64,000 bases of DNA, from the UHGV virus genome UHGV-1384413; one strand, written 5' to 3'. This DNA comes from a virus. Positions 63,004 through 64,000 of this stretch are shown in pieces. The notes beneath the pieces were generated by a model. That model was not told where the DNA came from and searched no databases. It saw only the letters and a list, made by a program, of their open reading frames with translations. Made by a program: the position numbers and the translations under genes. Position 1 is the first letter of the stretch; every line of letters begins with the position of its first letter.

Positions 63004-63462
63004 ATGCTAAAGGTTAAATGTCAAACAAGGTTCAACCTAAAGCGTTTAGATCGCTTTTATAAAGACCTTGTGAAACTTGAAAGCAAAACAATAACCTACG
63101 GCTTTTATGATGAACCTCACCCGTCAGGCTTAAATATGGCAACATTGGCAGCTATTCACAACTTCGGTTGGAACGGGCTGCCTGTTCGCAATTTCATGGA
63201 GACGGCCTTTGCATTTCACAGCACGCAACTACAGACCTTGACAGAAAAATTGTTGAGAGCTATGGCTAGAGGATCAAGTGCAGAGGCTGTTCTTAGGCAG
63301 ATGGGGGACACAGGGGCCAAAGCTATCCAGTTTGTTATTGAGGCTGGTCAGTTTAGTAACCCTACTGTTAGTGAGCAGTGGGCACAAGAGAAGGGCTTCA
63401 ACGAGGCTATGCGGCATTACGATGTGCTGCTTGAATCTGCAACCTTTAAAATTGGACAGTAA
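63004..63462 (+). CDS. hypothetical head/neck protein (152 aa)
   Basis: ATG with GTGAGGAATATA RBS. Confidence 0.5.
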   Translation: MLKVKCQTRFNLKRLDRFYKDLVKLESKTITYGFYDEPHPSGLNMATLAAIHNFGWNGLPVRNFMETAFAFHSTQLQTLTEKLLRAMARGSSAEAVLRQMGDTGAKAIQFVIEAGQFSNPTVSEQWAQEKGFNEAMRHYDVLLESATFKIGQ

Positions 63463-63477
63463 AAATAAGGGGGTTGA

Positions 63478-63903
63478 GTGGCAGCAGGTTATAAGCTGAT
63501 AGGAAAGAACAGGCTAATACCTCGTAAAACATTCAAAGGTCGCCACAGAGTGTATAACAAAACAGTTGGTGGTCCTTTTGCTAACGAGGGGTTAGAACTT
63601 GAGTATGAAGAGTTTGATGTCTTAGAGTGTGTTGTGCAGCCGTTGACAGGAAGGGCAGCTAAAGATTACTCCTCTCAAATAAATCCTGAGGGTGACAGAC
63701 AGTACGAGGCTTTTACAGTTTACTCCTCAACCAAGTTGTATAGTCCAGACGAAGGAACATATGCAATGGCTGATCAAATTCAACTGCCTGACATCCGTGG
63801 TGACCTGAAGTGGTTTACCGTTTTAAAATGTGATGCTTATGTCACGTCTGGTGGTGGAAGATATAGATTTTTTGTGGTAGAAGAGCCTGAAGGAGAAAAC
63901 TGA
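63478..63903 (+). CDS. hypothetical head/neck protein (141 aa)
   Basis: GTG start with AAGGGGG RBS. Confidence 0.5.
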   Translation: MAAGYKLIGKNRLIPRKTFKGRHRVYNKTVGGPFANEGLELEYEEFDVLECVVQPLTGRAAKDYSSQINPEGDRQYEAFTVYSSTKLYSPDEGTYAMADQIQLPDIRGDLKWFTVLKCDAYVTSGGGRYRFFVVEEPEGEN

Positions 63904-64000
63904 TGGAAGCTTTCGAAAAAGTTTTTTCTGATCTTGAAACAACCATCGCTAAGCTTGTCAAGGTTGCCACAGGAAGAACTGTAGTTCTGGCAGAAAGCTC
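63903..64000 (+). CDS. hypothetical protein, 3'-truncated at window edge
   Basis: ATG overlapping upstream stop (ATGA); frame open to window end. Confidence 0.4.
   Translation, partial: MEAFEKVFSDLETTIAKLVKVATGRTVVLAES

Noticed and set aside
1-64000. Integrase, transposase, CRISPR array or lysogeny module
   Set aside because: No recombinase-like ORF, repressor/antirepressor pair or repeat-spacer array was found; gene content is consistent with a virulent phage.

Overview
This 64 kb window reads as part of a large virulent tailed dsDNA phage genome with a mosaic gene content; all protein family calls are from reading the translations against remembered family motifs, with no database search run. 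Layout: (1) 1-8950, a plus-strand array of about 30 small genes, each with its own sigma70-like promoter and stereotyped 5' UTR, punctuated by a repeated 45-bp hairpin element; (2) 8951-11411, a 2.4 kb AT-rich non-coding, repeat-rich region between convergent gene blocks; (3) 11412-48358, a long minus-strand block: many small unknown genes in tandem paralog families (with an HPF ribosome-hibernation homolog among them), then two Dam-like methyltransferases, a ClpP-like protease, PhoH, a full dNTP-synthesis cluster (class III RNR nrdDG, glutaredoxin, class Ia RNR nrdAB, ThyX-like, HAD nucleotidase, dNMP kinase), DNA repair/replication nucleases, lambda R-like endolysin, ATP-dependent DNA ligase, MazG-like, Sir2-like and an Rnl-like ligase; (4) 48480-52300, plus strand: polynucleotide kinase and metallophosphoesterase (RNA-repair partners of the divergent ligase), a small DNA-binding protein followed by four palindromic iterons and an AT-rich tract (candidate origin), and two GC-rich ORF-free islands; (5) 52395-53206, seven tRNA genes (one atypical); (6) 53629-64000, spanin pair, a terminase large-subunit gene apparently split by an 884-nt HNH-endonuclease-containing intron, portal, scaffold, gpD-like decoration and gpE-like major capsid protein, and downstream head/neck genes. 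The most interesting candidates are the split terL with putative group I intron, the three-gene RNA repair module, the iteron/AT-rich putative origin, and the phage-encoded HPF, Sir2-like and ClpP-like proteins.
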